DNA of 62,934 nt, the filler included, from Intoshia linei (taxonomy: Eukaryota; Animalia; Orthonectida): the NCBI GenBank assembly GCA_001642005.1. It is 5 parts of 5 records of this genome, joined end to end, with 100 filler letters (N's around TTAATTAATTAA, not from the genome) between each part and the next. Parts side by side here need not be neighbours in the genome. Positions count along the whole stretch, not along the records: positions 1 to 4,809 come from LWCA01001881.1; positions 4,910 to 14,234 come from LWCA01001400.1; 3 more parts are not named here. One strand, written 5' to 3'. Under the pieces are notes generated by a model that searched no databases, was not told the DNA's origin, and saw nothing but the letters and a program-made list of their open reading frames with translations. The position numbers and the translations under genes were made by a program. This document shows, one piece after another, positions 1 to 13,144 of this stretch. Position 1 is the stretch's first letter. Each line of letters starts with the position of its first letter.

Positions 1-150
1 TTCAAAAATTCCATTCAAAGAAATTATTTTGTATAATTATAAATAAATATATTTTAAGTTCATTTTTGTACACATATTCTCCCAATGTGACCATATTGTC
101 ACATGTAATATCTAAATAACTACTAGAGCAAATTCTTTTAAATTTTGTAG

Positions 151-353
151 GACATATTTAAATTGTTAAATTAGTAAAATTCTAAAATTTTATTAAAATC
201 GGAGGAAAAAAAATTCAAAAATTGGCTTGGGAGAAAATGGGTTAATAATTCTNGAACATAGTTAAATGGTTCAATTAGTAAAATTCTAAAATTTTATTAA
301 AATCGGAGGAAAAAAAATTCAAAAATTGGCTTGGGAGAAAATGGTTTAATAAT
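151..353. repeat. ~104-bp direct tandem duplication straddling a single N
   Basis: AATTAGTAAAATTCT...GGGAGAAAATGG occurs at 169-240 and 273-344, with an N at 253. Either a real tandem repeat or a contig-overlap artefact. Confidence 0.8.
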
Positions 354-504
354 AACTTATTATCTTTTTTGTATTTATTACAATGCTTTGCAATGATGGT
401 AAAATTCATCCGAAATGTTTTTTTAAATCGCTGTTTCCGTTAATTATTGATAGATAATTAGTAATGAAGCATGTTAGATTAAATTTAAATTTTTAATGTT
501 AAAA

Positions 505-568
505 TTAGATAAGTCGGCTCTTGGTAGAGCTAGGTGCTGTTTGTACGTAGTACAAAACACCAAGCTAG
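505..568 (+). mobile_element. Non-autonomous Helitron 3' end
   Basis: Hairpin GGTG-CTG-TTTGTAC-GTA-GTACAAA-A-CACC (533-561) followed by CTAG|T (565-568). The same terminus recurs at 15989, 30918, 42202 and about 62200. Confidence 0.7.
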
Positions 569-1119
569 TAAAAATGTAAAATGTTCCTATAATTGAACAA
601 ACGAAAAGTCATTGGCCATTCAATTTAACAAAATAGAACTTGTCTAATTTAGTACAAAACAGTTATATTTTTCAAAGTTAAGTGTATCACTAATTTTTTA
701 ATAAATGAAAATATTTAATGTATATTATATTATTTGGTACGATTAGCAATGTTTTACTAAACAATATTTGAATCAAACACGAAAAAAGTTGGTCTCGTCT
801 AGCATAATTATCAAGGTGAATTATTATATTAAATTAAAACTATTTTTTGGTATCACCATCATTTAACTTATTATTATTAATAATCCCAACTTGGATAAAA
901 TACAAAATACATATATTACAATATACTTAATTTGAACTATTAATATTTACATAATTATTAAAATTTTTTTGATATGCTCCTAGTAACCGAAAATGTATTA
1001 CAATTAAATAATTATATATTATTAAAATGTTAATAATAATATAATAATACAATAATTATTATATGTACCATTATAATACATATAATTTAATACACATAAT
1101 TATTGTGTAATATCAAATT

Positions 1120-1248
1120 AATATAATGTACTCGATATATTGTTTTATTATTGTATTGACGCCAAGCTTTTTGAATCACTTGAGCAGCTTTGTTTTTACG
1201 CATGATGTTTATTTGTTCTGCATACATTTTTATATTCTTTCTATTAAA
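1120..1248 (-). CDS. Exon fragment encoding an IQ calmodulin-binding motif (gene model unresolved)
   Basis: Minus strand reads KNIKMYAEQINIMRKNKAAQVIQKAWRQYNNK. AAQVIQKAWRQY (1153-1188) fits IQxxxR. Confidence 0.4.
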
Positions 1249-2639
1249 ATATTTGTATTATTTATACGGAATTTTTAAAATCTTTCATAATATATAATTA
1301 TTATATCAGAAACTTTCTGAATATATTGTCGGCATTATTAGCATAATAAAATATTTACATAAACAGTTAAAACAATGCTCTATAAATAATATAGTACCCA
1401 TATCTTCCTTTTTCATTACAGTTTCTTCTAAAATTTAGAATATATTCAATATATTTATATAGTTGATACATATATTAATAGTAACGACACTTCATATTAA
1501 TAAAACAACTTATTATTATATAATTTAAATTTACAATCTATGGATTTCAGCCATATGTTTTAAATTCATCAATTTTAATTTTTCTACGTATCCAACAGCG
1601 TATTCTAAATGTATTACAATTGAATTAACTAATTAAGTGAAATAAATGATAATATTATTGTTATTATAACGGAAAATAATCAGTAAGCATTTTATCAAGC
1701 ATAGTCATAATTTAAATACCTTTTTTGGAAGGATTTTTCTTTTTTTGGTCGTATTTTAAATTAATCTAAAATAATAGTCATTGATGTTAAATACTCTAAA
1801 TTTTATTAAAATGGATTTTTTATAAAAAGATGGACGTATTTCTCCAATATAATAAAGCTTATGACATTAATTTTATATCCTAATTTATAGAAAAATTTTT
1901 TTTTGTATATGTGTCACACATAGTGTGTGTGTTATCTTTTATTTCAATAACTAAGATTCCTAGAATTTTAACAAACATAAATTCCAAATCGGTTTTTCCA
2001 GAGTGAGTTTTTATCACAAATGTCATCTTTAGAAATTGAGTTCTACCAGATCACAAACCTTAATTATCTTAATTTCCTTTTTTTTAAAAATCAAACAAGT
2101 CCTAAAACTTAAAAAAAATTTTCTGTTACAGATTTTATCATGAACATGATCTTAAAAGTTCATTTTAAAACGATGTTAATTTATTTCATTTTACCTTATT
2201 ATCCATTTTATTTATTGAAATTTATTATTTATATCCAAATCCATAAATTACCCTATTTTTAAAATGAAAATACTCCTAGAATATTAAAAAATGACAGTTC
2301 ATACATTTATCTCCAGTTAACACACCTAAACAATTTTAATCTAACAAAGTAACGTCTTCATGGTCAAAAAATTACTTTTAGAAAACAGGATTACATTAAA
2401 TTAAACAAATAAATTTAATGTCGACGTGAATACTGTATTAGATATCAAATTAAAGTTTTATTAGAACCGGCCTACATTTACCAAATAAATGTGAATCAGA
2501 AATTGAAAAGATTCTTTCAAGGTTAAAAAAACCCAATTATCCTTTTTTTAAAAAATTCAAACGAAACTTAAAATGTTTTAAAACATACACTCTAATATAC
2601 ATAATATATATGTAGATTTTATAATCAGAATTATAATCG

Positions 2640-3273
2640 CAATATTTGAAAAATATTGGTTAATAATATATTAAAAATTATTTTACACCAGGAATGCGTA
2701 GATTTCTGAAATTGAAATTTTGTAATTATATCAACTGGAATAAGCTCTATCAGAATAATTTTTTTTTTAATTTTCGGACCGTTAATTATTTCACATTTTT
2801 TTTTTAATAAAATATTTCGAAAAAAAAAATGTATGAATACTAAAATGCTTTTTTGACCGGATGACGTCACTTATTCAGATTGAAAATTCTTGTGTGTGTT
2901 AACAGGATACAACTGTAACACGTGTAATTTTTTTTAAATTATAGGGCTGTTTTCATTAAAAAAAGGGGTAATTTGAGGTTTTGGCTATGAAGATATAATT
3001 TTTTTAAATTTAAATTTATGATAATGTTTATGATTTTAAAATCCGTATCAGCGTATATATTTTTTTAAATTCTCGAACTCGTTTGATTTTCAAAAAAAAG
3101 ACAATTGGGATATATATTTTTTTAAATTCTCCAACTCGTTTGATTTTCAAAAAGAGGGACAATTTTTAAATTCTTCAACTGGTTTGATTTTCAAAAAGAG
3201 GGACAATTGACTTTTTGATCCGTAAGATGTGAGTTTGGGATGTTAAAATTTATCTTATTATATATATAAGTTA
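2640..3273 (-). mobile_element. Non-autonomous Helitron family copy with three internal tandem units
   Basis: Near-identical over about 270 bp to 22100-22370. Has three copies of AAATTCTCCAACTCGTTTGATTTTCAAAAAG. Confidence 0.7.
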
Positions 3274-3296
3274 CAAGACTAAAATTTACAAATATA

Positions 3297-3438
3297 TAGT
3301 CAGACCTGTCAATACCGCCATTTTGGTATTTCGATATTTATAGCGTTATTGAGAGTGTAACGTTGTAGCTAATGGATCACGGACACAGTTACTATGTATT
3401 AATAATAAATATAGTGGAGGTATTGAGAGGTCTGACTG
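3297..3438. mobile_element. pogo/Tigger-type MITE
   Basis: TIRs (T/C)AGTCAGACCT(G/C)TCAATACC(G/T)CCA at both ends, flanked by TA. Confidence 0.8.
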
Positions 3439-3766
3439 TACTATAAATGTACATTATACAAGTAGCAATCGTTAAAATCATTTCTTTAACTTAATTAGTT
3501 TAAATACATTACCTCAAACTTTCGAATTCTCTCTTTATCTAAATATTATGATTAAAAATATTAAAACAACAACATACAAATTACCTAAACATTTCTGTAA
3601 ATTTAATTTTGATTCAAAATCTTGATTTTTGTGTCCCAAAATTCGATTTTCAATTTTTAAATTATTGTAATTATGCTTGGTTTTTTTTAAATTGTTTTCT
3701 AGTTTCTTGATCATACAAACTAATGCATCATTTGATTCAATCGTACTAGGATTATATAATATACAT

Positions 3767-4809
3767 TAGGGCTGTTCAAAAAAAAAAAAATCTATGGTCA
3801 CACCATATACTTCAAAGTGTGTAATAACGTATGTGCCTATTAAAAATGGTCAATTTTTTAACAATGACTTATCAAAGAATTCAATAAAGCGTAGATTATT
3901 ACAATTAATAATAAGAAAAAATCATAACATAAAGCATAACAAACATGAAAAATTTATAAAATTATTTGACATTTCTTGTGAACCTAAAATTTTTGACTCA
4001 ATTTTGGACCAGCAATTTTACAATATGCAAAGAGAATTAAATTGCAGTATGGGGTATGTAGATTTTTGTAACTTAAATGAAAAAAATATTTATAATCTAC
4101 CTGAAGTTTACAATGATGCATCTTATGAAATTGAAGATCTTAGTGAATATAATATTGCTAAAGAATCAAACTTAACATCAGATTTAATGGAAAATGATTC
4201 ATATTTGCTTTATCCTCACAATATGTCTCAGTCGGATGTTGTAAAAATATCTGAAAACATTGGATATTCCATTAATTGTACTGTTTCTATTGTTACCGAA
4301 GTAATAAAAATAATGGGACACAAGATATTTCCTAAATCATCCATTCAAAAACAAGCATATAGTTTAAAGGTATGTCAGAAAGAAATAAATTAACTAATTA
4401 TTAATTACAAAGATGATCTTTGTATCCACTTTTATTCTAAAACATACAAGCATCGACATTATTTATCAATTTGTTTTAGCGGCGAATCTTTGCAAATATG
4501 CATTGCAATGAAAATAATAGTTAATGCAACATCATCAACAATATTTAATGTTGTGCAATCGGTTATAACAATGTATGGTATCTCTTTAAGAATAAAAATA
4601 ATCATATGTGATACCACATCAACCAATACCGGAAAAAAATCAGGTGTTATAAAGAAAATGACAGATGTTATGCCTCATTTGATTTACCAACAATGTAGAT
4701 TACATGTTCTTGATAGAATACTACAAATTTATCTACCATTTAAATTTCCGGTTAACAGCATTGGACCCAATATATCCTTTAGTTTTGTTGAGATTCTCAA
4801 AATTAATTT
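3767..4809 (+). mobile_element. Degenerate hATm-like DNA transposon (cut by gap)
   Basis: TAGGG terminus at 3767. ORF 4490 has ICDTTSTNTG...CRLHVLD, matching the hATm (F/C)DTTxxNTG and CRHH motifs. Reading frames are broken. Confidence 0.7.
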
Positions 4810-4909
4810 NNNNNNNNNNNNNNNNNNNNNNNNNNNNNNNNNNNNNNNNNNNNTTAATTAATTAANNNNNNNNNNNNNNNNNNNNNNNNNNNNNNNNNNN
4901 NNNNNNNNN
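4810..4909. other. Assembly spacer (N44-TTAATTAATTAA-N44)
   Basis: Six-frame stop linker; the identical 100-nt structure occurs four times in the window. Confidence 0.97.
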
Positions 4910-5753
4910 CCTCCACATTGTCGTTTTAATTTGGATAATTGCTTTTTCCTAATATCGTGGAAATAGTATTAATAACCATCTGGTCTGTCCAGGTTAAAAC
5001 ATTTTTCATCGGAAAACATATTTGATTCCAATTAATGGACATATTGGTACGAGCAAAAAGTATTCTTTTTTCTATGTGGAGTTTTGTAAGGTTTGGTCAT
5101 TTTATCATGACTCTTCGTTGAATGTTCGGTGAGGAACATAATTCCCGTTTTATTGTCCGAGTGGAAACGTCATTAAAAGAACATTTTGATCTTATTGAAC
5201 TAGCACTAAGACGAGAATTAGACGCTTCTCGCAATAAAAGTCGTCTATCAGATGGACTTAATGTCTTTGGGCGTCCAATTTTATTATTTAATTTTTTTGA
5301 CGAACGATTGAGATAGGTTTGTATGCACTTCGTACTTCTTGCTAATTTTTAACTTTATTGCAATTTTCGACTGGCTATGCCCTTCCTTTATCATATAATC
5401 AATAATTCCCTTTTCCCGTTTATTTAAATATNTGAGGAACATAATTCCCGTTGTATCGTCCGAGTGGAAACGTCATTAAAAGAACAATTTGATTTTATTG
5501 AACTAGCACTAAGACGAGAATTAGACGCTTCTCGCAATAAAAGTCGTCTATCAGATGGACTTAATGTCTTTAGGCGTCCAATTTTATTATTTAATTTTTT
5601 TGACGAACGATTATTAAGATACGTTTGTATGCACTTCCTACTTCTTGCTAATGTTATTCCAATTTTCAACTGGCTATGCCCTTCCTTTATCATATAATCA
5701 ATAATTCCCTTTTCCCGTTCATTTAAATATTTTTCTTTAGACATCTTTATCAA
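4910..5753 (-). mobile_element. Tc3/Tc1-like transposase pseudogene with ~300-bp internal duplication
   Basis: N-terminal HTH MSKEKYLNEREKGIIDYMIKEGHSQLKIG...RSRKCIQTYL is Tc3-like. Catalytic FSDEKCFNLDRPDG is near 4980-5020. 5130-5430 duplicates 5430-5730 around an N at 5432. Confidence 0.85.
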
Positions 5754-6192
5754 AAATTGTGTATTCTATATGTATTTATTAACTAGATATATTTTGAAAT
5801 TAATACCTAAAATATAATCTCTTAGAGCACTTTTGTCGCGTGATCGATAATGAAAATAAATATTTTGGGGTAATTAGCGATGAATAATTGGAATAAATTA
5901 TATTTATACACTTTAACATGTCATATGTAAGTGACATTTTCTAAATTCATTAAATTTTATTTTGATTTTTATCCAGAAAATGGTTTTAATAGAATTTTTA
6001 TAGTGTTCTAACGTTTTCCCGGGGGTTATTTTAATCTACAATTTAATCTCATTTATCTTATTCCAAAATGGAATTTTCAAATTTTATCCATATTTCACTA
6101 ATTAAGTGCACGATCAAAATGATAAAACCTGAAATTTATTTTTTTTGAATATACGCATATTAAAATTTGGTAAGATTTAGTTTGTTTTTAAG

Positions 6193-7885
6193 ATTTAAAA
6201 ACGAAAAATATAAAATGGGGTTTTTTCTTTTTACATATCCTACTCGGTTATATTACCTGTTTTATCGATGATAATGGTTGTAAATTATTTTATTTATATT
6301 CTAAAACGTAATTACATTTTATAAGGTGTAACTGGTGGTATCGACATTGCTTTATCAAATTGGGGTCTGGAATATGTATCAATTTCCTTGTAATGCTTAA
6401 TATGAAAATTAGTAAATATTTTTAGATACACTATAACAAAATCTACAACCATTATTTTTATAATCATGTTTTCTATTTTATTCAAACTAAAAAAAATGGT
6501 TTACTTTTATTTTATACATAGTCATGACTCTATACTTAAGGGTTCTCAACTGTGGGCGAGGTTCTTAACCAAGGTGCGATTTTTCTATTTTATTTCACAA
6601 AATAAATGTTGTAATCTAAAAAATTTTTTTAAAAACAAATATTCAATTTTTATTAAATTATGTTTTATTTATATAAACCTATTTTATTATTAATTACATT
6701 GTGTATAAATTATGGACTTAAGCGGTCGATTCTAAAAAAAGGTTGAGAACCCTGGTATAGAGTATTTTCCTATATAAAAATGAAGGAACCAATTTAGTTC
6801 ATATTAAATAAAAAGTACGTTCATAGTTTAAAAATAGATAATGCACATTGTTCATATCAAAAAAATTATTTTTCATGTAAATTTCTAAGAATTTTAAAAT
6901 TTAACTCACAGATAATTGTGTTCTCATAATACAGAATCGACAAAATATTTTTAATTGATGTATTCTTCAAGTGGTTGAATTGTACAATTTATTTTTAGTG
7001 AATTTATATAAATTTTTTGTCGTTTTTTATTTTTTTTTTTTACATTTTAATCACATTTCCACTTTGAAAATTTGATTAAAAAGTTAACTAGAATTATCAA
7101 AAATTGATGACTATTTCAATTAAAAATCTCAATAAATTAATAAAAAATTAGAGACTACAATTAATTCTTGTTGGAATATTGATATCTATTGGGTTAGTGC
7201 TTTTCACATACAAATCTAGTCAGTTCAATGTATTTGGATTCATTATACTACTCTTTGCATCATTTTGTGCTGGGTGCAGATGGACACTAACTCAATTAAT
7301 TTTTCAAAAAACAATTACAGGTAAAATTGAAATTTAATTTTTTTAACATTTAGAAATAAACAATCCACTTGACATGTTACTTTATACTCAACCCTTCATG
7401 TTGATTACAATGTTCCTATTCGCAATTTCAACCGAATTAAATAGTTATAAATACATAAACAATGTCACGAACGCAATGAAGACTTATTTTAATTTTTCGA
7501 GTACTGCCACTTGTTTGGAAGTGTCAATTATTGCATTATGCCTTCAATTTTCAGAATATCTATTAGTTCAAAAGTCATCTTCAATAACGTTGTCTCTAGC
7601 TGGAATCATTAAAGTATTTATTGTAATGTAAATTTTTATTTTTTAAGGATATATTTATGATTTTTTTGGCTGGAGTGATTAAACATGAACATTTCAGCAA
7701 TTTAAATACTTTAGGCCTAATTGTATGCTTTATGGGTATCGGAGTATATTCAATTGAAAAATATAGGGGTTATTTTTATTTTTAATCTATTTTTTACCTT
7801 ATTTATTTATTTAGAATATAAAAACAAAATAAAAGATAAAAATCAACATATTGAAAATATAGAAATGTTACAAGATGAAAAATAA
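6193..7885 (+). CDS. SLC35C2: Solute carrier family 35 member C2 (nucleotide-sugar transporter-like); 5' exon(s) unresolved
   Basis: Exons 6326-6389, 6426-6498, 7152-7320, 7354-7613, 7648-7768, 7815-7885 with GT-AG introns. They encode GIDIALSNWGLEYVSISLYTITKST, LFTYKSSQFNVFGF..GCRWTLTQL, NPLDMLLYTQP and SSSITLSLAGIIK, which are SLC35C2 motifs. Confidence 0.9.
6538..6754. mobile_element. hAT (Charlie/Buster-type) MITE in an SLC35C2 intron
   Basis: TIRs AGGGTTCTCAAC / GTTGAGAACCCTG; related to 54297-54443. TSD not clean. Confidence 0.65.
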
Positions 7886-8049
7886 ATATATTTACAGTGT
7901 ATAATAAATTATTATTAATAATATACAAGTTAAAAGTGTATTTACACGACCAATTGATGTATGATTTACTCTATGTACACAAATTATAAATATTACGTAT
8001 ATTCAAGTACGTATGTAAATGTTTAAATGTAAAAGTAATGTAGCCACGT

Positions 8050-8451
8050 TCAGATATCTTTCCAAATTTTTTGAATTTTTCGAGGTTTACAAAGAGATAA
8101 AAATTTACTACCCTTTTTTACCTGACAATATATTTCACGCTTTTTTGTGGGTTTGATTTTTGGTATTTCCATTAAACTATTAGATTTTTTAATTTTTGGG
8201 CTAGTTGGTTTATTGTAAGGTATGGTAGATTTAATCATGCAGTCGTTTATCATTAAAAAAGTGAAATGTTCATCAAATGCAATTAATGTATTTTTTCGTT
8301 TGTAGATTATTTTTCTATGAATATTTTTTGTTTCTTTTTTCATTTTTACAATTATTTGTTTCTCATATGTTTTTTTCATTTTATACAGAGTAAAGGTAAT
8401 TTCTCCAATGTTTTGTTTAACTTGAAATTTACATTCTTCTGATATATTCTT
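8050..8451 (-). CDS. Probable terminal exon of a lysine-rich unknown protein
   Basis: Open frame from an AG acceptor near 8452 (KNISEECKFQVKQNIGEITFTLYKMKK...) to a TGA at 8050. Convergent with SLC35C2. No recognisable domain. Confidence 0.35.
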   Translation of the reverse strand, partial: KNISEECKFQVKQNIGEITFTLYKMKKTYEKQIIVKMKKETKNIHRKIIYKRKNTLIAFDEHFTFLMINDCMIKSTIPYNKPTSPKIKKSNSLMEIPKIKPTKKREIYCQVKKGSKFLSLCKPRKIQKIWKDI

Positions 8452-9732
8452 CTAAATTTGCATATTTAAATATACAATATTATCAAATCTCCCAATTTCC
8501 TTAATTAAGAAAAATATTCCTTAAAACAAAGAACAACAAAGTTCCTTAAAACTAGAAAACAAAAACAATATATTCAAAAATTAATGTTACGAAATATTTC
8601 TAAATAAAAAATTCACCTCTATTGAGAACCAGTATGTTTGATTTCAACATAAGTTAATACTTTTTATCCGCCCCTCAAAATATTGTTACCCTTTCACCGA
8701 TCCTCAAGAAAATGGAAACACCGATGCAAAGGATCAGTGATCATACGAAACATAAAATTTTTGAATTAACTAAAATATAAATATTTGCTTATGGGATAAC
8801 ACTAGAGTGTCACTAAAAGTGGAATAGACGAATTTGAATAATTTTTTTTTTTATAAAAGTTTAACAAGATGAGTGGTTCTCAAGGTAAGTTATATAACCC
8901 TCAAAGGCGATTGGAGAAATTATTTGTCTGGGTCAGAAAAATGGAATAATTGAAAAAAATTTTATTTTATTAACAGGGGGGACCAAAGCATCAAAACATA
9001 AAATAATTATTTATCTTGAAAAATTGTTGCCGAATAACGGAATTAGCGAGGCTCCATTGTGTATTTATAATTACACAAATTATTATTATTTAAATCTGGT
9101 GTTAAAATAGTTATTCAATATGTATTAAGCTAATAATATATAATTAAAAGTACGCTGGTATAAATGTCTTGAAATTCATTTAGGCATATATAATTGTTTG
9201 TTTGAATGCCTTGTATAATCATTTCACTGGTACTGTTATTAATGTTGTCATATATAAAATTTTGAATAATATTCAATTTTGCTAAATAAATAATATGAAA
9301 TTTAAAAGTACCAACATAAACCTTCAGGTTAAAGGTCATTTAAAAATTAAAGATAAAACTTATTTTTCAAATTTCCCTGAATTTTTTTAGATTTGTAATT
9401 TCGTTTTCATTATATTTTTAAAATATAAAATAATTAAGTAAAACTACATTAAATCTTACTTTTAAACTTGGCGTATATAAAAAATATATTTTTTCAATAG
9501 ATATGTAAAAATAAGTGTAACTGTGTTATGTAGAATGTGTTATGTATGTGTTAAAACCGAGTAGTAAATCATATAAACTTTTTAGAATGAATTGAAAATA
9601 TTTTATCAGGATTATTTTCTAAAAAAAAGAAGAGTCAATAATTTACACCAAATCTGCAATAAATATTGTATAAAAATATTGGTTAACGAAACCCTGGAAA
9701 TGCACAGGAATATAAAAATAGTGGTAAAATCG

Positions 9733-10199
9733 TTAATAAATTTTTTCAAAATAATGTATATAATATTCGTGCACCAGAGGGTACCATATTTTTTCACAAA
9801 TGCGTAAAATATTTTTTCCATTAAACTTATTAAAAAAATTATAAATAAGGCTCAATGCTTTAAAATGAAAAAAATAAATAATTTTCATACTCGATAAATT
9901 TTAGTATGGATCAATTTATACCTGTATGAATAAAAGTTACCGTAATTACTGCAAACGTTTCTAAATCCAATTGTATTATCAGGATATATATGAAGGTATT
10001 GAAATTTAGAATTCTTTATATATTTAAAGGGTTCAAGTTTATTAGATTGAGTTCTAGCCATGAAATCACAATTTAGTAGAATAAAAATAATGAGATGGTT
10101 AATATGTATACAGGGTATCAAATTATATTGATATTTTTTTGAAACAAGTCTAACTTTGTCTGTCTGTCGTGTATTTTTATTTTTACAATTTTTTTTCAT
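9733..10199 (-). CDS. Hypothetical spliced gene, weakly FGF-like
   Basis: KYIKNSKFQYLHIYPDNTIGFRNVCSNY followed by a phase-1 GT-AG intron (9940-9858). Similarity to the FGF N-terminal core is by eye only. Confidence 0.25.
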
Positions 10200-11483
10200 G
10201 GCTAAGTAAAAATGATTATATGAATACTAGACTAACCATTGATAGACATATTAAGATCATCAAATGCATCCTGCAGAGACAAATTCTCTCAAATAAAAAA
10301 ATAATCTTGAAATATCCATTGGATTGGACAGATTTGTAAAATATGAATATGGCAAATTTTAAATATATTAATTGCTGTACATTGTGTAAATTGGTCTATA
10401 AAACGTGCTAAAATTAACGCTATGTATCAAGATGAATGCAAAGAATTAAACTATATTAAAGGTTAATTATGAAGCTAGCATAGGGGTAATTCACAATGAG
10501 AGAGCATATTGTTAGCAGTGGAATTTTGTCAGTTTAAGAATGACAAGTTATAATTCCATGCATGGTGCACTTTTGTATCAATCTTGATTATTGTTTTTAC
10601 ATTTCCGATCAATTGGCGAATGTTTTATTGTACTCAATCAAGCCAAACTATTACAATTGACGTTTTCAGCCTTAACTAAAAATAAGACGGGTTATTTTAA
10701 TTTTGTTAGGTAATTAATCATAATATACTGTATTGTATCAGTATGAAAAATATATGAATGACGAACGAGGAAAATACACTACATTCAATAAATTTTAATT
10801 TAAAACTTTAATTTATTCACTTGTCTATATTTTATATACATTGTATCCGAAATAAAATTCAATTTGTTCGTGTGAAAATTATTAGACACATTGACAAAGT
10901 CGTGAAATACATTAAAAGTAATAAACACCAATACTTGTATCAAATTATTTCATAATTACAGATAATTTTTTATTGTATTAAAAACAGTTAAGTGTTAATC
11001 GTAAAACTGTAAACATCTAAAGATAACATTTTCTCACATTCTTGTGTATAAAATTTCATTACACATGTATGAAATGGACAGACAGATGTTTCCCACGTTA
11101 TACGACTCGTGTCCTTCCATCACTCAAAAAATGGCAGAAAGACTTATTATTCAAATTAACATAATCAATATAATTGTGTAAATATTCTATATGGCACAAA
11201 ACCTCTAGAGTCTAGAGATTGAAATTGTATATATTTGGTGACAATTTGGTTAAACCAGGTAAAATTTTACAGAAAATAATTAAATCTGAAAAGTGTAAAT
11301 TTTATTAGTTACATTTTTTTCTTAGATAAACTATTCTTAATAATTCTTTCTGATGCCTCTTTATCAAGTCGGTAGGGGTTGCATTCATCTGATTTCATAA
11401 TATCACTATGTCTATCAAAATATTCTCGAACTTTGTTCTAAATAAATTTAGTTATAACAATAAGAATTCGTTATATTCTATAG

Positions 11484-12653
11484 TAGGGGTGGCCAAAAAG
11501 TCGATTGCGTCCAATATAACGCGTATAATAATGTTGTAAACTTATTTTAATTAGATAATAACTTTATAACTTGATATAACAATAACTACATTTCGTAATT
11601 TTATTTTCACCCATAATGAGTGTACTAAAGAAATCGAAAATTTATCACTTCAATGAAGAATGGGAGCTTTCATATTTTTTCACTATGATAAAAGGAAAAT
11701 GTTGTTGTCTGATTTTTAATTCCTCTGTATCTATACCTAAAAAAGGAAATCTGAATAGACACTTTATGGCTCTCCATGGAAAATATAAAAAAGATTTTCC
11801 TTCCAAAAGGAAAATCTATAATCTATCTAATATCTAATATATCTATAAGGAAAATCAAAGTTAATGCATTTAAGTCAAAATTATTTAAACAGTAAACTCA
11901 ACGAAATATTTTCTGCACAAAATCGAAAGCAGTGACACTTTCGTCTTTTAAAGTCAGCTAGCTATTAGCAAACAAGGCAAAGTGTTTTTCAGATGGTGAT
12001 TTCTTAAAAAATGTTTTCATTGAGGTTTCAGATACACTTTTTCAAAACTTTAACAAGGATGAAATTAAATCCACTATTGGTGAACTGTAATTGTCTCGAA
12101 ATACTACTATGCGACGAATAGAAATGATAAGTAAAAATTTAACAGAAAAACTATATAATGGGTTTAGTAATTGTATGTGTTTTTCGTTGCAAATTGATGA
12201 GTCAACTGATATAAAAGACAGCACAATTTCTAATTTTCATTCGTATAGTCTTTGATGATTGGAAAGCTAAAGAAGAATTAGTTGGATTGATGAGTTTGTT
12301 GGATTTATGTGAGTCAGCCTTTTCTGTCATGAATTTGATAAAATCTAAGAATCGTTCTAAAATTACTGATTCACACTTACGTAATTCTCTAAAACTATAT
12401 TTATCTAGTTACACGCCAAATTTCATGAAGTTGGTAGAAGAAATGAATATACAGACTTCTCATTAAATTTAATATTTTGTGCATATTTAGAAATAAATTT
12501 CAATTTTCCCAAAGTTTTTTAGGTTGTCGCCCCATATTTTTAGTGCAGCACACCTGATATACATTGATCGTGTAATACTTATTATGATGGTCGATTGCTA
12601 TCTATTTCAGAATTTCAAAGTCGATCGTACACAAAAAAAGTTGGCCACCCCTG
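11484..12653 (+). mobile_element. Internally deleted hAT transposon (Buster/SPIN/GTF2IRD2-like)
   Basis: TIRs TAGGGGTGGCCAA / TTGGCCACCCCTG and a perfect 8-bp TSD TTCTATAG. N-terminal zinc finger (FNEEWE..CCCLI..NLNRHF), FSLQIDESTD, and C-terminal LCESAFSVMNLIKSKNRSKITD are present; the central part is deleted. Confidence 0.93.
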
Positions 12654-13144
12654 TTCTATAGGCGTTAATTTTTTTATACTGTGAGTGCATATAAAGTCTT
12701 TATGGCTGAACATATCTGACCCTTCTAATGCTAACACGTTCATTCTCTAGAATAGATATTCTCAACGTTTTCGATATGGACCCTACGATCGTATTAAAAA
12801 AACCTGAAACCCCAAAAAAATGTATATACATTATATATTTTACTTGATAACATTTAATGTGTGTTACCATCCATTTAAAAAATTAAGTCCTAGAATTTCA
12901 AAAAATCCTATTTGCTAATACAGGTTTTTACGAGTCATGCAGCATCGCAAATTTCATTTATCTTCATAATAAAAATTTTCATGGATCCCAAATAAGTGAT
13001 ATGGATCCCGTTGGCAATTCTAGAGTCTAGATCAATATTCATTTGAGAAATGTATTGTTAGAGCAGCGGTTCCCAACATATTTCATAGTTAGTACCTCTC
13101 AATTGAAAAAAATAATTTTGTACTCCATAATAATTTCAATTTAG

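Noticed and set aside
3060-3215. Regularly spaced ~30-nt repeats resembling a CRISPR array
   Set aside because: Spacers are not unique, there are no cas genes, and the context is eukaryotic. These are internal tandem units of the Helitron family.
4810-4909. TTAATTAATTAA palindrome within N runs (four occurrences)
   Set aside because: Artificial six-frame-stop linker. Gene adjacency across these spacers cannot be trusted.
5122-5697. Two similar plus-strand ORFs
   Set aside because: Antisense shadows of the duplicated Tc3-like transposase. The duplication sits on an N and may be a haplotype or overlap artefact.
10250-10620. Possible Gypsy pol remnant (VIIP-like motif)
   Set aside because: Too degenerate to support.
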